The notes beneath the pieces are model-generated. The model saw only the letters and a program-made list of their open reading frames with translations. It was not told where the DNA came from and did no database searches. Positions 62,550 through 64,000 of a DNA stretch of 64,000 nucleotides are shown piece by piece (the stretch's first letter is position 1; each line of letters starts with the position of its first letter). The stretch spans positions 78,633 to 142,632 of IMG/VR virus record IMGVR_UViG_3300032893_000003, one strand, 5' to 3'. The translations under genes and the position numbers were made by a program. Source of the stretch: a virus (Duplodnaviria > Heunggongvirae > Uroviricota > Caudoviricetes).

Positions 62550-63194
62550 ATGGAAGGTTTTAAAGCTCAAGGAAGTTTCGGAATACCATCGACTTTACAA
62601 AAGCAGATGGACGAGGCGCGGCGTGCTAATTTGAAAAAGAAGACTGAAGAAGCTCCGCAGAATGATGCGCCCCCTGTTGCAGCTGCTCAGCCAGCGCCCG
62701 CGAGTGCTGCGCCCGCGGAACAAGCGCCTGAAGTAGACCCCACCAAAGCTCAGCAGGAGAAATTCGAAAAGATTAAGTCAGCGCTTGAGCAGTCTCTTGA
62801 TACCAAAATTACCGAAGAAGATATCAAGGAATATATCTTTAAAGGGCGCATTGTAAAAGATGTCCAGATCATTCCTGGCATCTTAAAAGGCTCTTTCCAA
62901 ACACTCACCACGACGCAGTACATGGAAATTGATGAACGCGTGGCTGAGATGCGAAGCCGCGGGAAAAATACTCAAGAGGGTTACGACAACGACAAAGCCA
63001 TCATTAATCTATCGTTCTCGTGGATCGCGGCGGACGGTCGCCCACTTTCGTCAAAAGATGATCCCAAAATACGCGAGAAATATATCCGCAGTATGGGGGC
63101 TCATCTTGTTGATTGCGCGACAGCTGCGATGAATGATTTCAATACCCTCGTGCGACTCACCCTTCAAGAAAAGAACTTTGTAAAAAAGTCATAG
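62550..63194 (+). CDS. hypothetical protein with an Ala/Pro-rich low-complexity N-terminal region
   Basis: 214 aa. RBS AAAGGAG. It is the first gene of a new plus-strand block. Confidence 0.55.
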   Translation: MEGFKAQGSFGIPSTLQKQMDEARRANLKKKTEEAPQNDAPPVAAAQPAPASAAPAEQAPEVDPTKAQQEKFEKIKSALEQSLDTKITEEDIKEYIFKGRIVKDVQIIPGILKGSFQTLTTTQYMEIDERVAEMRSRGKNTQEGYDNDKAIINLSFSWIAADGRPLSSKDDPKIREKYIRSMGAHLVDCATAAMNDFNTLVRLTLQEKNFVKKS

Positions 63195-63211
63195 GCTCTT
63201 CGGAAGTCACG

Positions 63212-63562
63212 ATGTGGATGGATCTAAGACTTTCCGGTATCGAACCTGAAAGCATAGATCCAATCCAGAAGAGCCTGCTCATCGGCCACATGGCGAGAAA
63301 ACGTGACACTCGATTTTTAGAGGTCACGTTAATCATCAGGGCCATTTTGACTGCGGCGCACATTATTGCAAAAAGCAGCACTGACAATAAACTCAGCGAT
63401 GCGCTTAAAGAATATACCACGCACCTGTTTCCTGAGACCAAGTACGAGACCGAAGATATGGCTAAGCGCGCAGCCACTATCCTTGAAAAAGAACTAGCCA
63501 AAGGACCCCTTAAAATACAAGCTCAAGACTATGGGAAAAGGCGTAGGCGAAATAAACGCTAA
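63212..63562 (+). CDS. hypothetical protein
   Basis: 116-aa ORF. Confidence 0.45.
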   Translation: MWMDLRLSGIEPESIDPIQKSLLIGHMARKRDTRFLEVTLIIRAILTAAHIIAKSSTDNKLSDALKEYTTHLFPETKYETEDMAKRAATILEKELAKGPLKIQAQDYGKRRRRNKR

Positions 63563-63579
63563 ATGCTAAAATTACAAAA

Positions 63580-64000
63580 TGGCGTTTGACCAAAATATAA
63601 CGTATCGCGTTAATGTTGATGACTCCAACTTTCAAGCGCGTCTGACTCAGATGCGCGCTAGCATGGACAGTGCGTTCGGCGGCATGGGCGGAATGGGCAT
63701 GACCGGTATGTACGGCATGATGAACACCATCTACGGCGGCGCTGGTGGCATGGGCGGGATGGGCAACATCGCGGACTTTGGGACGCAGATACGGCCTGTG
63801 ACTTATACGCCCCCTGCCATAGCGATGCAGCCGCACTTCGGAATGTTTCAGGTTCAGCAGACTTTATCTCAGGCTGGCTTAGGTGCCATGGGACCAATAG
63901 GAATTGGGCTCAGCCAAACCATGACCAACTACAGAGCGGGCGGTCTTGGTGGAATTCTCCGCGGGCCTAGTGGACTGCCTGAAAACATTTCAATGACTGA
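63580..64000 (+). CDS. Gly/Met-rich low-complexity protein (partial; continues beyond the window end)
   Basis: Own translation from the ATG at 63580 is stop-free to the window end: MAFDQNITYRVNVDDSNFQARLTQMRASMDSAFGGMGGMGMTGMYGMMNTIYGGAGGMGGMGNIADFG... The two minus-strand track ORFs at this position are antisense artefacts. Confidence 0.5.

Noticed and set aside
1-64000. Genome-wide TAG reassignment (code 15) implied by the tRNA(CUA)
   Set aside because: Within this window TAG terminates at least three ORFs exactly where the proteins end (1212-1535, 1639-1860, 5753-6280), and all long ORFs are intact in the standard code. Recoding restricted to genes outside the window remains possible.
1-64000. 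CRISPR arrays, insertion sequences, rRNA genes
   Set aside because: I found no regularly spaced direct repeats, no transposase-like ORFs with terminal inverted repeats and no rRNA-like sequence. The HNH-AP2 and DUF559 genes are interpreted as homing-endonuclease-type elements instead.

Overview
This 64 kb window is about 48-50% GC and is densely packed with short, co-directional, often start/stop-overlapping ORFs, which is a phage-like (probably large or jumbo tailed phage, or phage-derived element) accessory, early and replication region. It is not an ordinary bacterial chromosomal segment. The window has four parts. (1) 0-38 kb is an all-minus-strand block. It contains a secreted subtilisin-like protease (partial), an amber-suppressor tRNA(CUA), a PTH2-like peptidyl-tRNA hydrolase, an adjacent NAMPT-like and PRPP-synthetase-like gene pair resembling the phage NAD+ reconstitution pathway (NARP1-type), a GH108 lysozyme with a permuted-papain-like partner, six tRNAs, a DUF559/Vsr-like endonuclease, a tmRNA (ssrA-like) and many sugar-handling enzymes (GT2, SDR epimerase, GT9-like, HxGH nucleotidyltransferase). 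It also contains a catalytic-domain-only tyrosine recombinase, a tandem triplicated small-protein family, a TerC membrane protein with a TerY-like vWA protein, an HNH-AP2 homing endonuclease, an NfeD-like plus SPFH lipoprotein pair, a Rad50/SbcC/gp46-like ATPase and an XRE regulator with a palindromic operator. (2) 38.1-41.2 kb is an AT-rich strand-switch region carrying a terminator, repeated TTGACGC motifs and two GT4 glycosyltransferases. (3) 41.2-50 kb is a plus-strand block driven by a sigma70-like promoter. It is rich in phosphatases (metallophosphoesterase, CX5R tyrosine phosphatase, HAD, lambda-PPase-like) and also holds a second MazG paralog, an LpxA-like hexapeptide acyltransferase and a signal-peptide-bearing HExxH metalloprotease. 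(4) 50-62.5 kb is a minus-strand replication module (DUF932, XPD/DinG-like helicase, AEP-primase/D5-helicase, SNF2 helicase), followed by a new plus-strand block that starts at 62.55 kb and ends in a Gly/Met-rich partial ORF. A 20-bp palindromic motif (AGGAAAwwwTTTCCTATTA) recurs at four loci, each overlapping a -10-like TATTAT element. Two copies sit directly upstream of the two Fis-type HTH paralogs, so this looks like a phage-specific regulon. Several ORF-track starts are TTG or GTG; where an in-frame ATG with a Shine-Dalgarno was visible I moved the start. Coordinates of non-CDS features are hand-counted and may be off by 1-2 nt.
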